Under the pieces are notes generated by a model. That model was not told where the DNA came from, did no database searches, and was given only the letters and a program-made list of their open reading frames with translations. 64,000 nucleotides of DNA from a virus: positions 26,773 through 90,772 of IMG/VR virus record IMGVR_UViG_3300010157_000047. One strand, written 5' to 3'. Position numbers and translations under genes: made by a program. Each line of letters starts with the position of its first letter. Positions within the stretch are counted from its first letter, which is position 1. Positions 49,512-58,570 of the stretch are shown here, piece by piece.

Positions 49512-49546
49512 AGTTAATTAATTAAAATTTAAAAAAAAAATAGTTA

Positions 49547-50641
49547 CTAAGCCTCCTCATCAAATCTATAATCGCGGAGTCCATAAACTGCGTCATCGTC
49601 ATGCATGGGATTGGAGACATTACCCAGCTTGTCAAAATTCGTCGAATTAAGTACAGATTCTAATTGTTGCGTAGCCTTTGATGTAGCTTTTGTTGTTACA
49701 AATGAATCAAACTTTTTAAATCCATCTGTAATTGTAAATAGCCATGCCATCTTGTGCTGAAAATCAATAGGATTTTCTACTTGATATTTTGTTATTGCAT
49801 TAACCAATGTTCCGTCTTCCAACTTAGCTACTGGTTTTACGATAGAATCATACATTTTATCTTTTAACTGTTTAGAGATAGCAAATGTATCACCTAGCTT
49901 ATCTGTTTCGTAAAAAGATTTCTTTAATGACTCTTCGTATGTTTTTTGTTCATTAATTCGATCAGAAGCTAATTGCTTTTGATAATCAAGTTCTCTTTGA
50001 TTATTTTGCAATATAGCCTGCCTAATATCATCCCTTGCTGATTTAGCCTCAGATACATCTTCTGCTAGATCTATATGCATTTGGGCTAATTTAGCAGCTT
50101 TTGCTTCTGGAACACCCTTTGATACATATCCATTAATAATAATATTCTTTCTAAGATCTTCATCCGACTCTATTGCTTCATCAGTAATAGAGTTAATGTC
50201 AAATTCATTTTGTTTAGCTTCAATAAACTTTTCAGCTGGAATGCCTTGACTCAATGCATTAAGATATTCTTTTTGCAAATTGCTGAGTTCATTAACATTA
50301 CTAATATCAAATCCTAATGCATCAGAAAGCGTTTTTTTATTTGCATCTCTAATTTGATCTCCAAGTTTGTCAAAACTATCTATTTCATCATAGTTAAGGC
50401 TAGGAAGGAATCCTTCTTCTCCGAGAGCTTTAGCTAAGGAAGAGTACAGATTCGGCAAAGATTCGTCTCCACTCTCAGTGGATTCCTCCCCTATCGCCCC
50501 TTCTTCGCTAGCTACTTTCTCCGAGCCTTTGCCCTCGCCAGCATTATCTTTATCCACATTGTCCTGTGGTTCAGTGTCTTCTAGATCTACCAATGCCAAA
50601 TCGTCATCGAATAAATCAAAACTTAAATCATTTAAATCCAT
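49547..50641 (-). CDS. Acidic scaffolding-like protein upstream of the capsid gene
   Basis: Highly acidic N-terminus, coiled coil, YSSLAKALGEEG and T.GFK.FD motifs; crAss gene-77-like position. Confidence 0.7.
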   Translation of the reverse strand: MDLNDLSFDLFDDDLALVDLEDTEPQDNVDKDNAGEGKGSEKVASEEGAIGEESTESGDESLPNLYSSLAKALGEEGFLPSLNYDEIDSFDKLGDQIRDANKKTLSDALGFDISNVNELSNLQKEYLNALSQGIPAEKFIEAKQNEFDINSITDEAIESDEDLRKNIIINGYVSKGVPEAKAAKLAQMHIDLAEDVSEAKSARDDIRQAILQNNQRELDYQKQLASDRINEQKTYEESLKKSFYETDKLGDTFAISKQLKDKMYDSIVKPVAKLEDGTLVNAITKYQVENPIDFQHKMAWLFTITDGFKKFDSFVTTKATSKATQQLESVLNSTNFDKLGNVSNPMHDDDAVYGLRDYRFDEEA

Positions 50642-50663
50642 TGCCGAATCATTTAAATTAATA

Positions 50664-50671
50664 CAAAATTA
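50664..50671 (-). promoter_or_regulatory. Bacteroidota -7 promoter element (TAATTTTG) for the capsid operon
   Basis: TAnnTTTG, intergenic, about 22 nt upstream of ATG 50641. Confidence 0.6.
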
Positions 50672-50731
50672 ATAAGTTGCTTAATATATTGTATATGCTT
50701 TACTGTATGTAGTGGCGTTTATAGCTAAATG

Positions 50732-51307
50732 TTATTTTGATATAAATTTAGATATAATGCTAACAGGACTAAAGCTGCTCAATTTTAAGACAACAATAAT
50801 TAACAATAATATAATCTCTGCTATTAAAATCCAAAATGCATATTTATATACTATTGGTATATATTTATCTTTTACAATTATTGTAGATTGAGAAGATTTA
50901 TTTACCAGTGCATTTTTTAATAAAATAGAATCTTGCACAGATTTAATTATACTATCTTTGTTTACATATCCAGTAGTAACTAATTTGGAATTATGTATAA
51001 ATGATGATACAGTAATTATTCCTTTTTTAGAAACAACTAAATTCATTTGAGCTCCAAGAGAATTTACTGTAACAGAATTATTTATTATTGCAGTATCTTT
51101 TGGTAAAGCAATACCAATATCTTTTGTTACATATATTGTAGTATCCCTGTATTTTATTTCAGTATTAGTAGCAGTAACACATATCTTAGAGAATGCTTCA
51201 CAATTACGCTGTATTCTAGACACTGTGAGACATGATTGCATGCTAAATAATATGATAGCATAGAACATGAAATATAATGCCTTAAATCGCTTAATTTTAC
51301 AATTCAT
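50732..51307 (-). CDS. Putative unimolecular spanin
   Basis: N-terminal lipoprotein signal (ILFSMQSC), beta-rich middle region and a C-terminal transmembrane helix (AFWILIAEIILLLIIVV). Confidence 0.65.
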   Translation of the reverse strand: MNCKIKRFKALYFMFYAIILFSMQSCLTVSRIQRNCEAFSKICVTATNTEIKYRDTTIYVTKDIGIALPKDTAIINNSVTVNSLGAQMNLVVSKKGIITVSSFIHNSKLVTTGYVNKDSIIKSVQDSILLKNALVNKSSQSTIIVKDKYIPIVYKYAFWILIAEIILLLIIVVLKLSSFSPVSIISKFISK

Positions 51308-51317
51308 AATATATGTA

Positions 51318-51677
51318 TTATTTGTTATTTTTCAATATTAATAAATCTAATTTATGCTCAATTCTTTTTGTAGCATCAATAACTAAGTTTACTTCAGATC
51401 TATCTGCCTTATTAAATTCAACTCTTTTGATATAATCCATCGCAATATCAATTCTTTCTTTATGGTTTTCATTATAATTATCCATAAATTCATTAACATC
51501 TGATCTTATACGTCCAGATTCTTCAAGCATCTCTCGCCTATGTTCTTCCTGATTAAATTTCATAGCTTTTAATTTTTCTTCCATTACAGATTGAGTAACT
51601 TTTATGGCTATGACGGTTGAAGCTGCACCAGCAACTATTAATGCAGATAGTTCCTGCACAAATTGAGAGTAATCCAT
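51318..51677 (-). CDS. Single-TM coiled-coil protein (holin/antiholin-like)
   Basis: N-terminal hydrophobic helix, coiled coil ending RIEHKLDLLI; adjacent to the spanin. Confidence 0.5.
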   Translation of the reverse strand: MDYSQFVQELSALIVAGAASTVIAIKVTQSVMEEKLKAMKFNQEEHRREMLEESGRIRSDVNEFMDNYNENHKERIDIAMDYIKRVEFNKADRSEVNLVIDATKRIEHKLDLLILKNNK

Positions 51678-51720
51678 TAGTATAATATTTATTAATATTG
51701 TTTACTTTAATTATTAGAAA

Positions 51721-52122
51721 TTATTTTTCTCCAAGTATGAGAGATATAATGCTAGAGCTGTCATAGCCAAGTTCAACTTGCATTAATGACTCAATAGAAA
51801 TATTAGGCTTATAAAACTCAACATCTCCTGGCTCAGATAAAAATTTGTTAATTTCATCATTATAGGTTTTTGTCAATTCTTCTTTTGTTAATTTTTCATC
51901 ATCAGTAAGATCTTCGCCTTTTTCATTTAACTCTTTAAGATCTTCAGGCATAAATTCACGAATTTCTTTTCTAAATGCCTCACATAACTCAGAAACTTTT
52001 TGAAGATTTCTAGATACAATAACATTTAAAGCTAAGCTTTTAACTTTAGATTCCACAAGTTCATTAACTGCAGTACGCAATCCATTCTCGATAACAAAGC
52101 ATTCACCATTAGTAATTTTCAT
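51721..52122 (-). CDS. Acidic helical protein, probable tail-fibre chaperone-like
   Basis: Follows the tail-fibre gene; V.RNL..V....E.F pattern common in that position. Confidence 0.45.
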   Translation of the reverse strand: MKITNGECFVIENGLRTAVNELVESKVKSLALNVIVSRNLQKVSELCEAFRKEIREFMPEDLKELNEKGEDLTDDEKLTKEELTKTYNDEINKFLSEPGDVEFYKPNISIESLMQVELGYDSSSIISLILGEK

Positions 52123-52150
52123 ATATATTATTTTAAAGTTAATAATTGTG

Positions 52151-52158
52151 CAAATTTA
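52151..52158 (-). promoter_or_regulatory. Bacteroidota -7 promoter element (TAAATTTG)
   Basis: TAnnTTTG, intergenic, about 28 nt upstream of ATG 52122. Confidence 0.55.
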
Positions 52159-52216
52159 TTATTTTTATTTTAATTATCAATTATTATAATAAGAAGTATA
52201 TTATTGAATTACATAA

Positions 52217-55200
52217 TTACCATAATGTCAATGCTGCTCTTTGCCAAGATGTTGACCCAACGCATAAATATACATATCCATTAGCCCATCGAATTTCACC
52301 TATTGTTCCAGCCATAGTTGATGATGTTGGTGCTGTGTTTAAAGCTGTTAAGCTATATTGTGCAGCAGTGAGCAATCCAGTTGAAGATAAAGTCATTCTA
52401 TCAGTGATTGTTCCTGATGACATCGGAGACCATACAAAATTTGAATTTTCAAATAGATATGTAGCATTTGTCCATCGGTTGGAAAATGATCCAGATGGCC
52501 TAATAACTCCATTAATTCCTAATTGAAAATCTATTGAAGTACCAAATCCGGCAATACCATTATTACTATTTGGGCTACTACCAAGTAGCAAAGATGGTAA
52601 AACTATATTGTTAGTTGAACCATAGTTTGCAAAAAATGACCCCCCATATGTTGAATTTGATTCTCCATATATCCCAATGCTTAATGCTGAAAATCCCCAA
52701 ACACCATACCCATTTGCAGTACTATTTCTCGATTCACCATATACGCCTGGTCCACGATACCAACCTTGCCCAATTACTCCAGCAGAATAAGTTCCAGATC
52801 CAACACCCAATACGCCAGCTATTTGCTGTCCTGGAATGGGAAGACCTGTTTTAGAAGTTATGCCATAAACGCCACTAGATCCTTCAGAACTTGCGTATAT
52901 TCCAGGTGAAGAATTAGAAGTTCCTGTTGCTATTGATTTAAATCCATCTATTGTAGCATTTGAGGTAAAAGTAAGAGAGAATGAATTAAGATCAATAATT
53001 GTATTGGCCAATAAAGTGCCACCCAATTTAAACGTAGTACTCGAAAGAGATAATCCATTATTTGCAGAATAAGATGTTCCACTAGTAGCTGCTGCTTCTA
53101 TAATATTACCAGAACTATCTACTGCTAAATATTTTGCAACTGTGCCAACAAATGTCCCAATACCATATTTGTTAAACTGCATCTGCCCATTTCCATAAGA
53201 AGTTAAATTAGCTGCAGTTACAGCATTATTAATCCCATATAAAATAAATTTAGACGTTCTTGTAGCATTTGCAGAAGTAGTCCAAACTGATTCAAGAATA
53301 TTAGATTGAGAAAGAGAGGTAGAAGTTTGATTAGTAAATATTATTTGGCCCCCAATTCCATCTCCAACAGCACCAGATGTTTGCCTTACAACGTCTATTA
53401 TAGGGAGAGGAGTGTTACCTACAGAATTAACAATAGATAATTGAGCAGATATTGATGAAGTAGATGTTGCTCGAATTGCATAGTTGCTACTACTAATAAA
53501 TACCCCACCAACTCCGCTTGAAGATGTCCCGTAAATACCCGTTAAACTAGTGGAGCTTCCCCAGACGCCTGTTCCTGAAGCAGATATTCCTTCAATTGCA
53601 ACTCCTCCTCCAGAAGACGCTGTAGATATCAATGGCGCTGTTGTTCCAGTAATATTAAGAGTGTATGAAGTTGCAGCAATAGTAGTACTATTTAACAATG
53701 TACCGCCTAAAGAAACTATTGCTCCAGTAAGAGTGAGTCCATTATTAAATGTATAAGATCCCCCACTTGTTGGTATTGGCGCTTCAATTATATATCCAGA
53801 ACTGTCTACCGAAAGATATTTCGTTATAGTTCCTGAACTAAATGAACCTGAACCATATTGATTAAATTGCATTCTTCCTGTTCCATATGCTACAAAGTTG
53901 GGAGCTGATATAGCTAATGACGTTCCAATAATTGAAAATTTAGATGTCCTTAAAGCGGATGCAGCAGTAGTCCATACAGACTCTAATATTGTAGATAAGG
54001 AATTTGCGCCAGCATCTGTTTCTAAATAATATGCTATTTGAGAGCCAATTCCATCTGCCCCATTACCAGAATCAACACTTCTAGATATTTTAAGTATTGG
54101 ATATGAAGTATTAGTGCTAGTGCTAGAAGATGTAAAATCTGCTACTATATTACCAAGTGTTGTAGATGCAATCAGTGCAGTATTACTAGTACTGCTAAAT
54201 ATGCCACCATAAGAATTTGATGAGGACCCAAGTACTCCATTACCACTAGTGGATAAGCCATATATTCCATTTCCAGATGTTGATATTCCCTGGACACCAA
54301 TACCTAATCCACTACCAGTAACACCAATTCCACCAGCTGCAGATGCCGTAGATGTAAATGGAGACATAGTTCCAGTAATACCCAAAATATATGAGGTTGC
54401 AGCTATTGTCGTATTTGCCAATAATGAACCACCTAATTGGAAATTATTACTAGTTAATGTAATTCCATTATTAGATGTATAAGAAGATGCTGCTGCGGAA
54501 AGAGTTCCTGCTGACAATGTAAGACCAGAGCCAATAATTAATGTTCCCCATGAAGAAGATCCACTATAATATGCTATCTGAGCACCACCCGTTGGCCACG
54601 TCATAGATCCACCACTAGATATTGTTGTCCATGTTAATGCACCAGTTGGACCTCCACTTGTCAATACTTGACCAGCAAGTCCAACATTATATGGATTACC
54701 TAATCTGATTTGACTTGTTGCACTTGTTATAGCCAGGAAGCTAGTAGCATATAAATAATTTCCACTTACTGCACCACTAAGACTAAGAGTTCCATTTATT
54801 GGATTATATACATAATTAGGCGAAGAAGTATATACTGTACTCAAAGAAGATCCAACAGATCCAGCAGATGTTGAAAACAATGGATAATAATTAACATTAG
54901 AGCCTACATCATTAAGTAGTGATATGGATGCATCTGATTCTATCACATTTCCAGTTGAAGTAACAGCTAAGTATTTTGCCTTTACCCCAGTATAAATATT
55001 AGTGCCATAATTATTTAAAATTAATTGTCCTGATCCATTTAATGTTAATATATTTCTTAATCCCCAGGTAGATGTAGATGGCAATACTCCATATCCTGAA
55101 AATATTAAATTAGAAATTCTAGATGCAGATAAAACAGTTGTTAATGTAGAAGATATATAATTAGATGGAGTAGCAGAACCGGATGAATCCTGAATGCTAA

Positions 55201-58200
55201 ATCGTATTGAATTTCCTATTCCAGAAGCTACAGAATCAGAAGTATATCTTTTAATTTCTAATGTATCTAGTATAGTATTTGAAATAGCAGAAGAAGTATA
55301 AATAACTCCACCAATACCACCCAATGTATTATATCCAATAATGCCAGAACCCGTTGCTGATGAAGAATAAAAGCTTCCACCTGCTCCAGTACCAGTAGAT
55401 GCAGAAGACCCTCCTATAACCCCTAATCCAGTAACAGTTGAATTAATGCTTATTAAAGATGCATATGTTGAAGATCCAGTAATGGTTAATCCAAAAGTTG
55501 ATGTATTTATTGTTGTATCTGCAAGTAAGGTTCCACCAAGCTTAATATTTGAAGAAGTATTTGCAGTTAATCCATTGTCAGCAGTTATCAGAGAAGAAAG
55601 TATTCCAGATCCATCAATAGATAGACCTAATCCAATTTTAATTCCACCCAATATTGATGATGATGCTATAGGCAATGTATATGTGTACGATGAAGTTGGT
55701 ATATTTAATACTCCACTTACAACTGTAGCACCACCTGATCCAGTTGTTGTAAGAGATGTAATATATGGCATTACCCAACTTAAATTCCCTGCAGTAGCAC
55801 CAGCGGTTAAAACTTTACCTAAATTAATTGTGCTTGTAGCAGGGACATGCAATGTACCATCTATAGATTGATGAGAATATATATTAGTTAAATTATCATA
55901 AAGTATAGGCGCAATAGCAGATATTGCAGGACTCCATTCCCAAGCAATTGCCCCTGCATTAACTCTTAAGGATTGAAGAGCATGTGCGGAAGGAGCGAAA
56001 GATGTTCCCCATGCAGAACCTGTTGAAACAGGGATTCCAACTGATGGAAATACGGTAGATGCAGATAATACTCCAGATCCATCAATAGATAAATTTGCTC
56101 CAACCTTTATTCCACCTAATATTGTAGAAGATGCAATTGGTAATAAATATGTATTATTTGGTATATTTAATACACCTGAAGCAACCGTAGCAGCTCCTGT
56201 TCCAGTAGTAGTTAATGAACCAATAAATGGTGCTATCCAACTAAATGAACCTGCTGTAGATCCTGCAGTTAAAACATTTCCCAAATTAGTTGTTGAAGTT
56301 GCAGTAACATGAAGTGTGCCATCTATTGCTTGATGAGATATTACTCCTGTTGCGCTATTATAAAAGATAGGTGCTGTTGCAGAAAGATCTGTAAGCAATG
56401 CTCCTGTTGGTGGCAATGCAAATTCAAATCCTGTTCCTGCAGAATTTGCACGAATATATTTTAATGCATTAGATGTAGGAGACAGTGAAGAATCCCAAAT
56501 AGTTCCAGTTGAAACAGGAATACCAAATGCTGGATATACCATGCCACCAGAAGTTGCAGATAGTACTCCAGTCGTACTGTTTATAATTAATCCTGAGCCA
56601 ACTTTTATTCCACCAAGAATAGACGCTGTTGCTATTGGAAGAGAATATGTTGAGCCATTATCTAGCTGTAGCCTAACACCGCTACTATTAGTCCAATATA
56701 TATGTGTTCCATCTGGTTCTATAGCGCCACTCTCAGTAGCTGAAAGAAGTGATCCGGGATTAATTTTAAATGAAGATGTGCCAACTGCAGTTCCTCCTGA
56801 TGGAAGATGTAATCTGGAAGTAGGTGTAACTATTGAAACACCTACTTTGCCTAAAGATTGACCTACTATTGATGGATTACCTGTATTCGTAGAATATGAT
56901 CCAGTGCCAAATAAAACTCCACCTAAATTAATTGCATTTGCAGTTGCATTTGGAAGAGATATATTAGTTCCAATAATAATATTATTTGATCCAATATTAT
57001 TGCTAGTAAATAATCTACCAGCTTGATATCCTATGAGATTTGAATAGGACGCGTTGGATGCTTGATAGCCAGATGCAAATCCTAAAAAATTTGAATAGGA
57101 TGCATTTGACGCAGAGTATCCAGATGCAAATCCAATCATATTTGAATAAGATGCATTAGTAGCATTTTGACCAGAACTTGATCCCATGAATACTGAATAG
57201 CTGGAATTAGTTGCATTTACTCCTGAGACAGCTCCAATAAATATGGATTGAGTAGCATTTGTTGCATTGCTTCCGGAACTAGATCCTAAAAAAATTGAAA
57301 AATGACTATTATATGAATTTAACCCAGCATTTTGACCTAAAAATATTGCTTGTCCTGATAATGATCCAACACCAGCCAATAATGGACTCCATGTAGAAAA
57401 TAAACTAGTTCCATTTTCTAAACTTATTGGACCTGTAGCGTAAGTATCTACTTCATCAGTTGCAAATTGATTCCTTGTCCACCGTATAGATTTAGTCTCA
57501 GCAAAATCAACTAAATTTTTTGTATTAATATGATAATTAAATACTGAATTATCAATATTATTATCGTAAGAACATCTTGCCCCAGAAGATAATGATGACC
57601 AATTTTCAACATCTTCTACAATTGGTATGTCTGATCCATCACGATATTTTGTTTCAAGAAGATTTTCAGTCATCCACCATTTACCAGAGGTGTAAATTAT
57701 TTTATACCATCTCCCATCATTACCAAAATAAACTCCGGTATTATTACCATAATCAATATTTGGAGAATCTACTATAAGTCTAATAGGAATTCCAATTACA
57801 GTATATCCATATTCTGCTGTTATTGATGAAGAATTATTTGAAATAATATAAAATGAACTAGAATCGCTAGGTTTAAAATAAAATCTTTCTTTTTGAAACA
57901 TAAATAATCCATCATAAAATCTGTATCCAGATGGAAGTATATTTAATCCAATTGAATTTGTTGCCCCAGAATTTGGACTTTCCCAATGAGTAATACCAGT
58001 CTCTTTAAATATGCCTCCAGCAACAGTCCATCCACCATTTGCAATTATTAAACTTTCCCATTCTAAATAAGTAGGAACGTGTGCATTGACTGCAGATATA
58101 TTAGTAAATGCATATGAATTATATAAATATCCATATTGAACTTTATCCCACAATTTCCAATATTTATATGTATTTCTCCATAATATATCCAAATCAATAG

Positions 58201-58570
58201 CTCTTGCATTTTGCTCTCCATATTTATCTAAATTTCTATAGTCAGATGGAGCAAGAAATGGTGAGTCACCATCTGCTACAGATTGAAATACTGTGCCCTC
58301 TCTTCCAACTCTAGGGCCAAAGCCATATTCAAAATCATCATTAACAGTTACCGTATATCCATCAAATAAATTTCCATCAACTAAAGTTATTGTATATCTA
58401 TTGCCAAGAGTATCTTCTATATAATATCCAGGAAGTATTCCACTCATTGAACCTGGTTGATTTATATTTAATGGAGTAACAACAACAGAATAAGTAGATG
58501 ATGTAAGTTGAACTACATCATCAATCATTGTTTGCCAGCAGACCTTACTTATATATTGTTTTGCCGTCAT
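52217..58570 (-). CDS. Long tail/head fibre protein (2117 aa): FISUMP-like domain, YadA-head-like repeats, LGGIKVG repeats and GVxGxS repeats
   Basis: Ser/Gly/Thr-rich; YGYLYN...HVPT..EW...PNSGATN...LPSGYR; S.FLG..SG..A repeats; C-terminal PTSST..G..GEIRW..GYVYLC....W.R. Confidence 0.85.
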   Translation of the reverse strand: MTAKQYISKVCWQTMIDDVVQLTSSTYSVVVTPLNINQPGSMSGILPGYYIEDTLGNRYTITLVDGNLFDGYTVTVNDDFEYGFGPRVGREGTVFQSVADGDSPFLAPSDYRNLDKYGEQNARAIDLDILWRNTYKYWKLWDKVQYGYLYNSYAFTNISAVNAHVPTYLEWESLIIANGGWTVAGGIFKETGITHWESPNSGATNSIGLNILPSGYRFYDGLFMFQKERFYFKPSDSSSFYIISNNSSSITAEYGYTVIGIPIRLIVDSPNIDYGNNTGVYFGNDGRWYKIIYTSGKWWMTENLLETKYRDGSDIPIVEDVENWSSLSSGARCSYDNNIDNSVFNYHINTKNLVDFAETKSIRWTRNQFATDEVDTYATGPISLENGTSLFSTWSPLLAGVGSLSGQAIFLGQNAGLNSYNSHFSIFLGSSSGSNATNATQSIFIGAVSGVNATNSSYSVFMGSSSGQNATNASYSNMIGFASGYSASNASYSNFLGFASGYQASNASYSNLIGYQAGRLFTSNNIGSNNIIIGTNISLPNATANAINLGGVLFGTGSYSTNTGNPSIVGQSLGKVGVSIVTPTSRLHLPSGGTAVGTSSFKINPGSLLSATESGAIEPDGTHIYWTNSSGVRLQLDNGSTYSLPIATASILGGIKVGSGLIINSTTGVLSATSGGMVYPAFGIPVSTGTIWDSSLSPTSNALKYIRANSAGTGFEFALPPTGALLTDLSATAPIFYNSATGVISHQAIDGTLHVTATSTTNLGNVLTAGSTAGSFSWIAPFIGSLTTTGTGAATVASGVLNIPNNTYLLPIASSTILGGIKVGANLSIDGSGVLSASTVFPSVGIPVSTGSAWGTSFAPSAHALQSLRVNAGAIAWEWSPAISAIAPILYDNLTNIYSHQSIDGTLHVPATSTINLGKVLTAGATAGNLSWVMPYITSLTTTGSGGATVVSGVLNIPTSSYTYTLPIASSSILGGIKIGLGLSIDGSGILSSLITADNGLTANTSSNIKLGGTLLADTTINTSTFGLTITGSSTYASLISINSTVTGLGVIGGSSASTGTGAGGSFYSSSATGSGIIGYNTLGGIGGVIYTSSAISNTILDTLEIKRYTSDSVASGIGNSIRFSIQDSSGSATPSNYISSTLTTVLSASRISNLIFSGYGVLPSTSTWGLRNILTLNGSGQLILNNYGTNIYTGVKAKYLAVTSTGNVIESDASISLLNDVGSNVNYYPLFSTSAGSVGSSLSTVYTSSPNYVYNPINGTLSLSGAVSGNYLYATSFLAITSATSQIRLGNPYNVGLAGQVLTSGGPTGALTWTTISSGGSMTWPTGGAQIAYYSGSSSWGTLIIGSGLTLSAGTLSAAASSYTSNNGITLTSNNFQLGGSLLANTTIAATSYILGITGTMSPFTSTASAAGGIGVTGSGLGIGVQGISTSGNGIYGLSTSGNGVLGSSSNSYGGIFSSTSNTALIASTTLGNIVADFTSSSTSTNTSYPILKISRSVDSGNGADGIGSQIAYYLETDAGANSLSTILESVWTTAASALRTSKFSIIGTSLAISAPNFVAYGTGRMQFNQYGSGSFSSGTITKYLSVDSSGYIIEAPIPTSGGSYTFNNGLTLTGAIVSLGGTLLNSTTIAATSYTLNITGTTAPLISTASSGGGVAIEGISASGTGVWGSSTSLTGIYGTSSSGVGGVFISSSNYAIRATSTSSISAQLSIVNSVGNTPLPIIDVVRQTSGAVGDGIGGQIIFTNQTSTSLSQSNILESVWTTSANATRTSKFILYGINNAVTAANLTSYGNGQMQFNKYGIGTFVGTVAKYLAVDSSGNIIEAAATSGTSYSANNGLSLSSTTFKLGGTLLANTIIDLNSFSLTFTSNATIDGFKSIATGTSNSSPGIYASSEGSSGVYGITSKTGLPIPGQQIAGVLGVGSGTYSAGVIGQGWYRGPGVYGESRNSTANGYGVWGFSALSIGIYGESNSTYGGSFFANYGSTNNIVLPSLLLGSSPNSNNGIAGFGTSIDFQLGINGVIRPSGSFSNRWTNATYLFENSNFVWSPMSSGTITDRMTLSSTGLLTAAQYSLTALNTAPTSSTMAGTIGEIRWANGYVYLCVGSTSWQRAALTLW

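Noticed and set aside
49531-49540. A10/T10 run upstream of the capsid gene as a phase-variation site
   Set aside because: It is intergenic, in an AT-rich leader typical of Bacteroidota translation starts, and affects no reading frame.
15406-57777. Many short + strand ORFs antisense to the structural genes, plus short alternative-frame ORFs
   Set aside because: They are shadows of the long minus-strand genes, with no motifs and no independent expression signals.
57555-58140. Diversity-generating retroelement targeting the FISUMP domain
   Set aside because: No reverse transcriptase and no template/variable repeat pair visible in this window.
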